DNA of 64,000 nt from Azolla caroliniana (Eukaryota > Plantae > Polypodiophyta): assembly GCA_043228905.1 (NCBI GenBank), contig JBHGNT010000001.1, positions 20,026,001-20,090,000 on the forward strand. Reading direction: 5' to 3'. Position numbers and translations under genes: made by a program. The stretch's first letter is position 1, and the number at the start of each line of letters is the position of its first letter. Under the pieces are notes generated by a model. That model was not told the origin of the DNA and searched no databases. It saw only the letters and a program-made list of their open reading frames with translations. Shown in pieces: positions 38,631 through 52,521 of the stretch.

Positions 38631-40496
38631 ATATAGTTACATTGCTTTTGTGCCTCTATATGTCTCTCTCTCTCCCTCTCATACTTTGTTTCTTGATCTT
38701 ATCTTTGCTTAACTTGTCTTGGTTGCACAATCTATTCTTCTTGTTGATCTTCTCTAAATCAACTTGTTGTTCTTCATCATTGGTGTTGTTCTTGTTTTCG
38801 CATATTGACGGCCTCATCTCCGACATCTGGTATGAGAGTGAGGTTGCTAATCTACTGTCATTCGTCATTTTTCATCAATATGATCCCTACTTTCACCCTC
38901 TACAGGTCTCAAGTTGCTCAAACTTACTGGAATAGATTCTTTGTCTTTGGCTGGACTAAAACCTTCTGATTGGCAACTATCAAGGTCGTATTTCGTAAAG
39001 AGAGAAAGACACTTGTTGATTCACATTCTACTGTGCTAGGCCACTCTTCTAGTAGGCCAATCAACCACACTTTCTCCGGTCATTGTAGCCGCTTAGCCTG
39101 GAATCTTGATCCAGTCGACATCATCTGTACTCCACTTGACTAAGTGGCATTTAGAAAGGCAAGTTGGCATTGTCCATTCACACATTGTACCCACTTGGTA
39201 CAAGAACATTTGCAAATCGGCACTAGGAATCAAACTGACAATAATCGTGCTCAATCTAGGCAATATCCGGGAAAACCAGACGGATTTGTCCCTCCACTTC
39301 TTGTAGTCACTCGGAGCAGGTTCGACATCCATTGTTATTTGGATTCAAATGGGCTTTTGTGATTAATCGACAAATTTGGGTTCAATTCAGCCATGCACCA
39401 AATCGGTCGTATCCACTCTAGACAGAACAAACCAACATCTGAAGTTGATTCAAGTTGTGTTCAAATTCAGCTAGAACAAATTTGGATGAGCCAACCGGTT
39501 GCACCCTACTACATTTTTAGCCAACTCAAAACAGAGCTTACCAACCAACATTGACATAGATGGCCTCACCATCCAGCTCATCTGAGATGAGTCTAAGCAA
39601 GCTCTACAGATCAAAATTCAACTTCTAGAAGGAGGAAATGCAGGATTACCTAATAGTAAAGGGTCAGATCAACCCAATCGAGACCGAAAACACTCCAAAA
39701 GGATACAAGAAGAATAAGTGGACAAAGGTAGATGGAATTTTCCGCTCTACCATTCAGATGCACCTATTGGAATCCATCTACTATAAAGTGTAGTCGTGTA
39801 CGACAACCTTTGAACTATGGAAAACATTGTTAGACACCTACAAGAAACCAAGATATATTGGATCCGGTGCGTCTATAACCTTCGAATGAAAGAGTCCGAC
39901 TTAGTCCAGGCACACATCAATGACTATGAAAGCCTAAACTCCCAAATTTCAGCTCAGGGGACAACGATTGAAGACGAGTTGAAAGCATTGTTACTAATGG
40001 GTAGTCTCCCCCTTTCGTGGTAAACTTTTGTTTGCTACCACAGTGAAGTACACCGAAGTCACAAGCTCAATTTTGATTGAGGAAATTGTTCGTACATGAT
40101 TTGGCAAGCGACACCTATGTAGTACAAGGTTCGTTCGACCGACCGAACTATTGAGGAAGAAGTTCTTCCCAACAACCAAACAATGGCCAAAGCTGGAGCA
40201 AGTCTAGGGACGATCAAATATGCAATTATTGCAAGACTCTTGGACACATTAAGGCCGATTACTATGCACTCAAGTTCAAAAATGCCAAAGCTTAGATAGC
40301 TGATCATAAGGGCAACCGATAACGGACAACCGAACATTCTGTTCATTAAAAATTCAGTCAAGTCAAAAGTTCTAGTCACAACTCAATAATCGAGCACTTG
40401 GCTCTTAGACTCGGATGTGTCGTACCATGTGACTCCTCACCGGTCTTAGTTTCGAAAATATTCGGCCTAATATTCCGACTCAATCCGAGTCAGAAA

Positions 40497-43400
40497 TGTT
40501 GGCTGGAGGCCGGAGTATGAAAGACAAGTGGGGGACGAGTCGGAAGCAAAAAATATTAGTTATTAATTAGCTAGAATTAAAATAGGAATGGACGGATCCG
40601 GAAGAGTTGCAACGATCCGGATCCTGACCGATCCATAGCCCGTTGCCAGTATGGCACCGTTTTGTAATCAGAACCGGATTCCTATAAAAGGATCCGAAGA
40701 ATGATGTATTAAGAGAGGGGAAATGAATATAAGTAGAATTGTCTTTGAGAGTATTGTGTACCTTCCCTTATGTGCTTATGGTTCTATCTTACGTATGGCA
40801 TCAATTTGTGTATGTTGTTAATCCGGAACTGACCCGGAAATAGTCGGATATAATTATAATCTGCCGAAAGCATAAACCTCGTAACCACCCTTTGGTGAAG
40901 TTATCCAAAAGGACACCTTGTGTTAGTGGCTAGTCCGGCCCAGGAATAACACAATTTTAGCGACCACAATTCATGTAGAGCGTAGTGAACATCGGGGAAT
41001 GGATGACTAGAACACAAATGACCCAGTCGCCGAACGAGCGAGAAGACTAGCCGAGAAACTACAGAGGCGGGAGGCCTACCAGTAAGCGGCCGAGGAGATT
41101 TGGCGGGTCGCGGATGAGTCACTCAAATTGCTTAACTACCAATATACCAACGAAGGCAGTAGCCTAAGCAGCTTACGATAGACCAAATCGATACTACACA
41201 CTCTCACCATAGGAGCCGGAGAATCGGAATAATTTTCCAACTTTGAGTTGGAATCGGACAACGAGCATAGCGTGTAGTCGAATTATCAAAGCAGTCACGA
41301 CACCCCGGAAAATCCAGTGGAAGACGGTTCGGAGCACATACCGACACCGCCGGACCACGCACAAACCAAGATCAACAGTTAGAGGAAAACACCATCATCG
41401 GATCATCGGATCAACGTACCAACGCCACCACTGAACTAGAAGTTGGAAAAAGAAGAGGATTGGATATCGACCCCAACCCCCAATACTAGCCTTCGCCAAT
41501 GACACCATGCCATACCCATACCCAAAGTACTGGGACGAACCGGATGCAAACGCGCACGTCTATGCTTTTCTATAGACATGGGAAGCGAACCATATCTCGC
41601 ATCGGTTGATAGAAGTAGAGGTCAAACGATGCAAGATAGCAGAATTCGGGATGACATTGGAGGGAGCAACAACAAAGTGGCACAAAAAGCACCTTCTCGG
41701 GAGCTTTGCCATATTCAAAGCTTTGCAGGATAAATTCCTGCGGTTGTTTCACCGAAAGGTGGAGCGAAGAGAGCTAGTCGGCCAATTCTATACAGTCTAC
41801 CAGGAATCCAATGAGATAGGCTTGCAATTCGTGATCTGTTTCCAGAAACTGGCAACGAACTAACAAGGGCATCTCAGGGAGACAAGGCAAAAGCGGTCTT
41901 TCTAGCCACACTCTGGGAACCGCTACGAACGATGTTGATAGTATTCGACTTGCGGACAAGCACCATCGATGATGTCGTCGACCGGGTGCTAGAAATGGAT
42001 AGGGCCCAGAATAGCAATCACATGGCGATGGGAGCTCTATAGTGAGTGCTACCCAAAGAAGAGGACTTACGGTTTCGACAAGCAGTCCAATGTACAACGT
42101 GCCTCAACTCCGATCACTTGATGTTAGAATGCACGATGCGGACATAGTGCATGTTGTGCCACTCTCGGTCCCATACCATGAACCAGTGCGAGTACAACCT
42201 GCTCAATCGGCAAGTGGCACTGATCGGACACATGGAGCCCCAGAGCGAACAACAACCATAAGAGGGACGGTTCCAGTGGGAAGAACGATATTGACCGGAA
42301 CAAATGGACCATTACGACATTAGAAGAAGAGAGGACTACGACGATGACCGCAACTACTGGTGAGGAGGAGACTACAATCAAGAGCGTTACGATCGCGACT
42401 ACTCCCCGGATTATAATCTTAGAAGAGATGACAGAAGATACCTGGAATTACGGGAGTACCCAGATCAGGATAGACGGTACCCGGAATGCCAACGGAACTG
42501 GAACCACCGCCGTCACAACCATAAGGGAAAGAATCGCCGAGAAGAAGATTGGGATCCGTCTAGAGAATACCGAAGGGAGAGGAATACAAAAACGACTGTC
42601 CCAGTCCTGCAACAGGAGCAATAGAGACTAGAGGAAACCAATCGGATGAATTCCGGTAGTAAGCCGGGAACGATGGAGAAAGGAGAATCAAGTAATATCC
42701 GAAGGGTTTATTGCTACTACTGTTAGAAGGAAGGATATTATAGTAGTCAGTGCCCGGGCAAGACCAACGAAAAGCAGGCAATGGTGAATATGGTAACCAC
42801 AGAGGTGACCGACATTCAGGAAGTCACCAACGGAGCTAAAGGGAAAACTATCGAGTGGGAAATTCAAGAGGCTATCCGAAAGCATGCTACCGAATGGATA
42901 CAGAGGGCCAATGAACGAAACGTCACTGAGCTGCGATGACAACGCAAACCTCCGGAAGCACAAATAGAGACCACAGACAATGACTCGACCTGGCAGGCAT
43001 TACAAGAATGTCATATCATGCTACCACTAGGTCACTTATTACAGGTAGTCCCTCGATTTACGGAAGGACTCAAATCGGTGATAATGCCAGAAAACTTGGA
43101 GCCGATGCCGGCCTTCTTCTCCAACCTAGAGGAAGGACCGACAATAGTGGACACCAGCAGTCCGACAATAACGGCTATCATTAAAGGAAAAGAAACAATC
43201 GGAAAAATTGTGGATGGAGGTTCCACAGTAAACGTGATAAACTGACGAACCTGCAACAACCTAGGTATCACAGAATGGGAACTGTGCCCGTTCTCGCTGC
43301 GTATGGCGGATACTAGTTCGGTTCGGCCAATCGGACTCATTCGGAACTTGGAGATTATAATCGGGGGGCATGTTTTCCTGATATCCGCGGTAGTCTTGCA

Positions 43401-44137
43401 ACTCAACGCACAAGGAGCGTATCCCATGTTGTTAGGGAGACCATGGCTAAGGATGGCGTATATAAAGCAAAATTGGGAAAAGAATGTCATTACCTTCCGT
43501 AGAGGAAAGATGAAGGTACAGGTCCTGACCCAACCACGTGCGGGTACCAGTAAGGAGCTAACACCGCTATATGCAAAGAGCATAAACATGTTGGACGGGT
43601 TAACAAACGACGAAGATGAACACTGGAAGATAGTTCTGTTATTTGAAGTAGATGTCGTCGAAGCCGTCACACCGTACGTCATGCATTCAGAGGAAGTCCT
43701 TGAGGAACCGGATCGGGAGGAGATCCTTGAACTGCGACAACCACAAGAATCGCTTGAACGAGAAATGGCGGTGTCTCAATGAGTGAAGGGATCTTAGCTA
43801 GAAGAGGTGGACCTTGGGACTGGGGATGCACTAAAAGCAATATATGTGGCAAAGGAAATGCTCCTAGAGGAGAAGAAATCAACAATTGAACTCAAAGAAT
43901 TTCGAGACGTGTTCGCCTGGTCATACAAAGATATGCGAGGGTTGGATCCCCAACTATACCAGTATCAAAAACACCTTAGCAAGGGCGCGAAACCGGTAGT
44001 GCAAGGAAGGTTCCGGATGAACCCGAATTATGTAGCGAAGCTGTTGAGGGTTGGTTTTATCGGACCGGTAAAACAAGCTACATGGCTAAGTTCGATTGTC
44101 GCTGTCCCAAAGAAGAACGACAAAATTCGGGTATGTC
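40497..44137 (+). mobile_element. Degenerate non-chromoviral Ty3/gypsy 5' half
   Basis: LTR about 40497-40951; gag about 41500-42800; protease IVDGGSTVNVIN near 43210; RT start (FRDVFAWSY..WLSSIVAVPKKNDKIRVC), truncated. Confidence 0.75.
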
Positions 44138-44139
44138 TG

Positions 44140-44732
44140 GTTAAAGTTTTCCAAAGAGGTCAGAAAATCAAAGAAAATGGCGGATAAAGGTGCCAACATA
44201 GAGATGGCAAATAAGGGCTTCAATGAAAATATGACAAGTTTCATGATGCGTATGTTGCAAGAGCAAAGTGTGATGAATAAGATGGAAAGTGAGTTAGCAC
44301 TCGCCATACAAACGGTCATCAAGAGGATAAGAAAATTTAATGGTGAGGACGTCACTCGATTCCTAGAGGTCTACGATACGAATATGAGATGGCTAGTAGA
44401 GGGGCAACCGGAGTACAAATAGTTTCACATGTCAACCGGGTGTGCACACTTGATGTTCGAGCAAGGGTAACTAAATTATCAGAGAAATTCCGTGAAGATT
44501 GGTCTGGGTTTTGTCAAGCATTGCTTGATGAATATAAGCTAGATGATGGGACCCGAATGTCAAAGAAAAGCTTTCTCGAATGGACCGAGAAGGGGGGTAA
44601 AGGACTCTCAATGTCAGAGTTCTTGAGAGAGTTCGAGAAAAGATATAATGAGCTCTCAGTAAAAGACTGAGAACTATTACAGTCAGAAAAGGTGGATTTA
44701 GAAAAGATATCACTATCCTTCTTGAAGACCGG
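44140..44732 (+). mobile_element. Gypsy gag fragment (host of the CCGG insertion)
   Basis: IKRIRKFNGEDVTRFLEVY resembles the gag start near 46040-46077 (GQFDGRNITKFM). Confidence 0.55.
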
Positions 44733-46077
44733 TGTCGTGAAGATTTTCGGTGATAGTGTGAAACTTGTAAGGAACATACGAAATCGAGTGTGGTTCTTCT
44801 CATGAAATATAAAACAATAATAGTAAAGCTACTATTTAAATTTTTTTTAATATCTTGGTACAAAAAGGTGAAGGTCTTGAAGAGCTTCTAAATGTACTTT
44901 ACTACGTAAGAAACAAACATCTAAGTGTCAAGTTATGTAGGTATGAAGTTTGCAAAGAAGAAGAGAAAAATATGTGATATCCCACATAGACAGGACAAAT
45001 AAAGATCCCACCATATATAAGGCAGAGCAAAAGCTATTGTCTTTATATCTATGTGTGGAGCATGGAAAGGTTAAGTTGTATGACTTAATGAATGGATGTA
45101 GCCAAATGCATATAACTATGTGCTTTGGACAAATCCGACGACGGTAACTGGCGACGATGACGGTTATCGACGGCGACCGATGGCATCTGGCATTCGCCGA
45201 GATCGGGATCCGGCATCTGGCATCATCCGGCGAAACGACAACCGGACAGAGAAACGCCTTGTAAAAACACATTAATAATAAACATATATATACATATATG
45301 TATATTCAAAAGGAGTGCAAGTGAAGACTTGATCCTTGCACCTCCACGTTAAGAGTCTATAAACTTACCACTAGACTATGACATTTCCTTAGAATTGTTT
45401 TTCTTATCATTATAGTTTTACATGTAAATTCTCATATTAGAGCTTGATTGAGTGACATGTGATGCATGAGCGCCAAATGGCAAACATGCATCACATGCAT
45501 TCCATGCATTGTATGCATGTCTTGTACCCGCATGCATCATATGCATGGGAGCATCTATAAAAGGATGGATGAAAAAGATCGAAAGGATGCTATATATGAA
45601 TCAAGAATTGAAGAAGAAGAAAATTTGTTCTCTAATTGATGGTGTATCTTGTTTCTCAAACCTAAAGTCAAGGGTCCAATCTTAAGCTCTCTCAATCTAA
45701 AATCAAGCGTTCTACCTTATCTCAATCTCTCTATCTTCCAATCTATCTTAATTCCTTTCTCGCTAAGTCTAGTGCAACTTCGAATCCTTCTGGTCCAGAA
45801 CCCCTGCGGTTCTGCCTCGCGATCCGCACGTAGTGACGGATCTTCACGACATAATCAAGTGGTGAACCCGATGTGAAAGAGGCGGTAGGAAGGATCAAGT
45901 CGAGACCAATACTTGGAGATGGTGTCCTCAAGCAATCAAGCGGGAGACTTCGAAAGGATGATGTTGATCGTCGAACAAATGATGAGATCTCGAGACAACG
46001 ATGCGAGCGTGGAGAAGGCCGTCGAGTGTGTCGTGAGCTCGAGGGTCAATTCGACGGAAGGAACATTACGAAGTTCA
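44733..46077 (+). mobile_element. 5' end of a tRNA-Trp-primed Ty3/gypsy element
   Basis: CCGG at 44729-44732; LTR 44733-45851 with 12-bp terminal inverted repeat TGTCGTGAAGAT/ATCTTCACGACA; PBS TGGTGAACCCGATGTGAA 45860-45877; gag start near 45919. Confidence 0.85.
45308..45385 (-). other. Degenerate tRNA-like (Lys-CTT-like) Pol III module inside the gypsy LTR
   Basis: A box TAGTCTAGTGG (45378-45368); B-like GGATCAAGTC (45335-45326) at tRNA spacing; CTCTTAA loop; TTTT just downstream. Confidence 0.5.
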
Positions 46078-49008
46078 TGTAGTTCAAATCGTTGTCGGCC
46101 ACAACCGGTTGGAGGTGTGCAGAATAAAGTCAATCTAATGGAAAGGGAAAACAGAATACAGAAACTGAGAATGACACAGATTTTAACGTGGAAACCCGAA
46201 CAAGAAAAAAACCACGTGGAAGCCACAAACTCCGAAACAGAACACTATGAGAGAAAGGAATACAATCAGAGATCTCAGAGGCAACGACCTCGAGATCCTA
46301 CTTTGCCAACAGGCGGCTATAGAGCTCACACACTTCCACTCACACTCGTTTTCACTCACGGTTAAAGAGGCAACGACCTCATCAACAGTAACTTTACCAT
46401 GACACACTTTTCTAACATAATTTCCCTAAGTAACCTTTCGACTATTTACAAGTTTAGCCCACGGGGGCATATTCAACCTATTTACAAACTTAGCCTTCCG
46501 TGTTGGCTATCTCCACGATTTCCGGTTTCGGCCTCGGCCGAGTTGCTCATCAACATGGTTCTTCTCACTTCCCATCCGGAGGGACCTGTTTCCTAACAAA
46601 CTCCCCCTTCACTCCGGCATGGGATGTCTTACTAGTCCGATCCGCTTCCGACATGCATGCAGCTTGTCGGGTATCAGTACTTTGGTCAACATATCTGGCC
46701 CGTTCTCGGCCGTGTGGATCATCGTTAGCGCGAATTCTCGATCTTCTACTCGCTCCCGGATCCAGTGATACCTACACTAGATGTGCTTCGTCCTGGAATG
46801 GTATGCTGCGTTCTTAGCAAGCTGGATGGCACTTTGACTGTCGCAATAGAGCTGGTATTCATCTTGCCAGATACCGAGCTCTCCAAGGAAGTCCTTCATC
46901 CATAATATTTCCTTGCCATGTACTCCGCCATGTACTCCGCCTCCGTGGTTGACAACGCAACTGTCTTCTGCAGCCTCGACTGCCACAAAACAGCTCCCCA
47001 TGCATATGTCATTACATACCCGTATATAGACCGGCTGGTATCCACATTAGCCGACATATCCGAATCGGTGAAACCGTCAAGCTGAGGTTTATTAGAGCCG
47101 AATCGGAGACACATATTCGAAGTGCCCTTCAAGTACCGGAGTATCCATTGGACCGCGTTCTAGTGCTCCTTGCCAGGATTGCTCATAAACCGGCTCACCA
47201 CTACGATTGCGTATCCAGTATCCAGTCGAGTACACACCATTGCGTACATTAAGCTCCTGACGGGACATGCATATGGAACCTTCATCATATCCGCCTTCTC
47301 TGCTTTCGTCTTCGGGCTTTGCTTACCGGATAATCTGCAGTTTGCCGGGAGTGTCGATCCGACCGGTTTCACTTCTAACATGTTGAATCGCTGAAGCACC
47401 TTTGTCACATATTTCTCCTGTGACAACCATAATTGCTTCTTTGACCGGTCCCGGATGATGTGCATCCCCAATATCTGACTTGCTGGGCCCAAGTCTTTCA
47501 CTGAGAAAGTTTGGTTGAGAGCCTTCTTCAGCATCCGTATTTTGGCTTGGTCTCGTCCGACGATCAACATGTCGTCCACGTACAGAAGGAGAATCAGGAA
47601 GTCGCCTCCTTCGAACTTCTTCATAAACATGCAAAGATTGGTTTGCGTTTTGTGATACCCTTGGTCGGTCATGAAGGAGTCGAACTTCTGGTACCATTGT
47701 CGGGGAGCCTGCTTCAGTCCGTACAGGCTCTTCTTCAACCGGCAAACCAGGTGCTCCTTCCCTTTCTCCACGAATCCTTCCGGTTGCTGCATGTAGATCT
47801 CCTCTTCGAGGTCACCGTGAAGGAATGGCGTCTTCACGTCCAGCTGCTCTACCTCGAGGTTCATGTTTGCCGCTATACTTAGCACAGTCCGCATGGAAGT
47901 CATCTTCACTGCGGGGGTAAATATCTCATCGAAGTCCACACCCTTCTTCAGCTGGAACCCCTTCACCACGATCCTTGCTTTGTATCACGGGGGTTTGCCG
48001 ACATCTCCCGGTTTTAACTTGTACACCCACTTGTTTCGGATTGCCCGCTTTCCTTTCGGTAACTCCACCAATTCGTACGTATGGTTCTCATGCAGGGAAT
48101 CCATCTCATTCTGCATGGCACTTAACCATTGTGGCTATGGGCGTCACTTTTAGCTTCCTTGAAGCTTTCTGACTCCCCCTCATCGGTTAGCAACACGTAC
48201 TCTAGATCCGGAAATCTCCGGGGGGCCCTTCTCTCTCTGAGAGGATATCTGCGTCCTTGGGCTTCGGTAACTGTCTCCTCCATTTGCTCTTTATCCGAAT
48301 CCGATTCGGGGTCTTGTCCGGTTTCGGTTTCACCTATTCCTTCTTCTTCGGCCGGTTTTGTCTCCTCACCGTCACTGTCCGGTTCATCGAGTGCTAACCA
48401 GCTTCTTGCTGGTTGGAATTGCATTTCATCAAATCGAAATTTTTCCTTACCGGTATACTCGGAGTTTATTATATTCTTCTCCGACTCCCAGTCGGCGAGC
48501 GTCTTGTCCTCCATGAAGATAATATCTCGACTCCGGAATACTTTCTGGTCGACCGGGTCCCACAATCGGTAGCCGAAATCATCGTCGTCGTAATCGAGGA
48601 ATATGCATGGCCGTGTCTTCAGATCTAATTTTCCTCTCCGGTCCTTCGCTACATGCACATATGCAAGACACCCGAATACCTTCAGATGTCGGTAGGACAC
48701 TTCCGTACCGGTCCAGACTCTCTGCGGCGTGTCTCCGTCCAAGGGTACTCAAGGTGATCTGTTTATCACATATGTCGCCGTCGACAGTGCCTCAGCCCAA
48801 AACGTCTTGGGTAATTTTGCATGCGCCAGCAGACTCCAGACCCTCTCCATTATGGTCCGGTTCATCCTCTCGGCCAACCCATTTAGTGTTGGGAGACAGG
48901 TCCCTCCGGATGGGAAGGGAGAAGAACAATGTTGATGAACAAACTCGGCCAAGGCCGATAGGTTGAGGCCGGAACCGGATGAGGAGTACCCGGCTTTGGA
49001 GAGCCGGA

Positions 49009-52000
49009 AGATCGACCGAGGACGAGGTCGGGGACGGTGAGGCGGCGATCGCCGGTTCGAGCGGACATGAGGGAGTTCGGGCATGGAGGCCCGAAACATC
49101 GAGCGGGGAGAAGATGGGCGGTGGTGCGGGGACCTTACGCACACCGGGCCTAGAGACTCCGGCAACCGGCCTGAGAGCCGGCGTGAGACCTAGAGTGACG
49201 GGTGGTGGCGGTGGCAAGGCGGGCGACCACAATGGTGACATGGGAGAGGGTGCGGAAAGAGCGACTCTCTCGTCTTGCGGCGAATGGACGGCCATGGAGG
49301 CTGGTAACTACAGATTCGGGACATGGCGGCCCGAAACATCGAGTGAGGAGGAGACAAGCGGCGGTGCCGCGACCTTACACACACTGGCCCTAGAGGCACC
49401 GGAGGTCGGCCCGATTGCCGGCGTGAGACCTAGAGTGACGGGCGGTGGCGGCAGCAAGGCGGGCAACCGAGACAACGGTAAGGAGACCGTGGAAGAGGAG
49501 GCGGCAAGCATAATTGATGCTTGCATATACGGAGGTGGGGAAGCCACGGACGACGATGTCCGAATGGAGGTGGCTACGGGCATAGCATCGACGAGCGGCG
49601 ACGTTGCTACCTTACACGCACCGGTTCAAGAGACCTCGGCGGCCAGCCCGAGTGCCCGCGTGAGACCTAGGGTAACGAACGGTGGTGGCGGCAAGGCGGG
49701 CGACCACGGCGACGATGTGGGAGAGGGTGCGGAGCAAGCGACCCTCTCGACTTGTGGGAAGAGGACGACCATGGATGAGGCCGATATCTACCACTTCGAG
49801 AGTGGGCGAAAGTTTTGGGACGTAGTTGCCCGAAACGTTCTACGAGGATTTCGAGAGCATACTCGAGGCTTGCGAAATCGAGGAAGAGGAGGAGACAAGT
49901 GGCGGTGCCGCGACCTTACACACACCGGTCCTAGAGACTCTGGCAACCGACCCGAGAGCCGGTGTGAGACCTAGAGAGACGGACGGTGGCGGCGGCAAGG
50001 CGGGCAACCGAAATGACGAAGAGGAGGTTTGTAGTGGACGGAGGCGAGATCCCTCGACACCGGGGCGGAAGACTTCGGCGGTTGCGCCCGAGCGTGGACA
50101 TAAACCCGGAGAGATGGGCGGTGGCCGTGAGGATGAGAGGCCCGGAGTGGGCACGTGCGAAAAGACCGAAGGAGAGGTCCTGAGCGGCATCAAGGAGTGA
50201 GTCGGGAGCCGACCCGACCGAAAGATGAGCCGGTCGGTAATCCGACCCGACCCGGAGGCGGAGCGGAAGAAGAGTGAAGCGGGGGCCGGTCAACCGGGCC
50301 CGAACCGAAGGAAGCCGGCAAGACCGGGATTGCTTGATCAATACGTAGCCGGGCACGATGAGTACGGGTCGGTGAGAGGCCCAGAGCAAGAGGAGCCCTC
50401 CACACCTATGCTTGAGACTTCGGTGGTTGCGGATCAACGGAAGACCGAAGAGATGGCGGGTGGTGGCGAGGAGTTGGAAGACAATGCGGAATCGGGTACC
50501 GGAGCGGATGCCCGGTGTGGGAAGGACGAAGAGACCAACGCAGAGGTCAGGTCTACGACGGATGAGTGTGAAGTGAAGCATGCACTACGGCCGGCGGAGG
50601 GTCAAGGAACAAGCATGCACTCGGGGGAGCGTCAAAGAGTGACCGGAAACGGTGGATCGATTGAGCCTTTGAGAGGCGAGGACTCGGTGGTGGACCGAGA
50701 GTGGGAGGAACTCTCCACACCTACCCGTGAAGCATCAACGGTTGCGGATCGAAAGGAGAACGAAGAAACGGTGGGTGGCGGCGAGGAGTTGGAGACCGAC
50801 GCGGAGGTCGGGTCTACGGTGGAAGCGCGACATGAGACGCATGCAATACGGCCGGTGGAGGGCCAAGACACAAGCATGCATACATCGGATGGGCGACAAC
50901 GATTGACCGACGATGACGGTCGGGTCAAGCCTTCGAGGGGCAAGCGCGGGACGAAGGACGGCGCAGCGAAACACCTAGATCGACGACATGGGCCGAGCGC
51001 GATCGGCATGAGCGGAGAGTCGTATCTAGGGAAACGGAGGAGGTGCGTGGAGAACGGAGGGCTACGCACCGGGAAGAGAAAACGCAGTGTCCCGAAGAAC
51101 ATGCGAGGCCAATCGGGCCAAGAGGGCGCGGGTCGAGGCGAAGCGGGAACGAGAGCCACGAAGAAGGATGGGGTGATGGCACGCTCTATCGCGAGAGAGC
51201 ACGGCGAACAAGGGGAAAGCGAAAAGCGCGTGATGGGGTCATCGAAGGACTGAATCACGAGCACGCATTCGGAGGAGAGCATCGACATACGGGGAAAGCC
51301 TACGGAAGGCAAGCACGAAGCGGAGAGAGTCGGCACGCCGAGGTGTGCGGCACGCAAAGAGCGGAATCTGGCATGCGACCGGGAGCGCATCCGGAGGATA
51401 TACAAGGCGGACAAAGGAAGAGCAACCGGGTCGGCGACGGTGTTCGGGAGGACCGAACGGGGAGGAAAGCACGGGCATCGGATACGGTGGGTTGGATGTA
51501 GTCGGTGGTTCAAGGACCCACGGTGGACGTGGCGGATCGGGTGGAGGCAACGACTCGACGAACATTGTCGAGTGTGGCGGATCGGATGGCACCGACGGTT
51601 CGAGACCATTCGGCGAGGATGGTGGACCGGAAGGCGGCGGTGGATCGTGTGGACAGGGTGGTCTTGCTCGAAGTGGAAGACAAAACCGGGCGGGCCCACG
51701 AGGACGCTAAGGAATCCGTCGGTCGTCGTGACCGAAAATCTCGTGTTCTCTCCCCTATGTTTTGGCACATACCGGTGGATGTGCAGTTAGGTGGGGGCGG
51801 ATGTCGTGAAGATTTTCGTCCACAAGCGAAAACCCGAGCAACGAGAGCGAAAGAGCGATGTGCAATGTTGCACACGTACATAATGTATTTGTAATAATAA
51901 TAAGGGTAAAGTGTATGGTGCTAGAAATGCCCCATAAGATCCCTTAGGTATAAAGGTGATGTGGTCTTGTGCGCACATCCACGCGAGAGAGAGAGAGAGA

Positions 52001-52521
52001 GGTACTATGCGGTACATAGGTACCTAGTTGTTTGTGTGGAGGTGGGAGTTAAGGGGCCATCAATCTCACCCTCCTCAAATCAAGGCAAATATCCCCTTTG
52101 AATGAAAGGGGATATTTTAGTCTCACTTTTGTAAAAGGTCTTCCCTCCTTGTGCTATAAAAGGAGAGGGAAGGCACCATTGTGGGGTTTCCTATTTTGAG
52201 TGTGCGAGATATACCACATAGGTCGAGCGTTAGGGTTAGGGTTAGGGTTTCTTGATCTTTATCTTCATCTTTGTCGGTTAGGGTTTCGAGTAGTCGTTTG
52301 GTGTGGCCTATGCGGCTATCATTTTGTAATCGTTCATCTCGTTTTAATATATCTTGTTGATCATCTTGTCTCCATCTTCCTATTGTTCGATCTAATCTCT
52401 TGTTCATTCTTCTTCTTCTTGAGCAAGCTTCCATTCCATGTCCGATTCCTTCTCCTCTACTCCTTAGTCCAAGACCCCCGTGGTCCCGCCCTTCTCCACG
52501 CACGTGCATAGCAACGCGACA
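49009..52521 (+). mobile_element. 3' remnant of a CCGG-family gypsy element
   Basis: GC-rich region 49009-51785; PPT GTTAGGTGGGGGCGGA; 3' LTR 51802-52521 (TGTCGTGAAGATTTTCG...CGCGACA) followed by CCGG. Confidence 0.8.
49081..50030. repeat. Four degenerate units of about 240 bp (A-B-A-B arrangement)
   Basis: GTGAGACCTAG..GGCGGCAAGGCGGGC recurs near 49183, 49423, 49660 and 49963; the first period is exactly 240. Confidence 0.8.

Larger units (their letters stand above)
32760..40496 (+). mobile_element. Old copia element D (5' LTR split by element A; degenerate gag and protease)
   Basis: LTR end CGACA 38825; PBS TGGTATGAGAG 38828-38838; UBN2-like gag 39817-40023; CNYCKTLGHIK knuckle; WLLDSDVSYHVTP; left boundary approximate. 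Confidence 0.6.
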
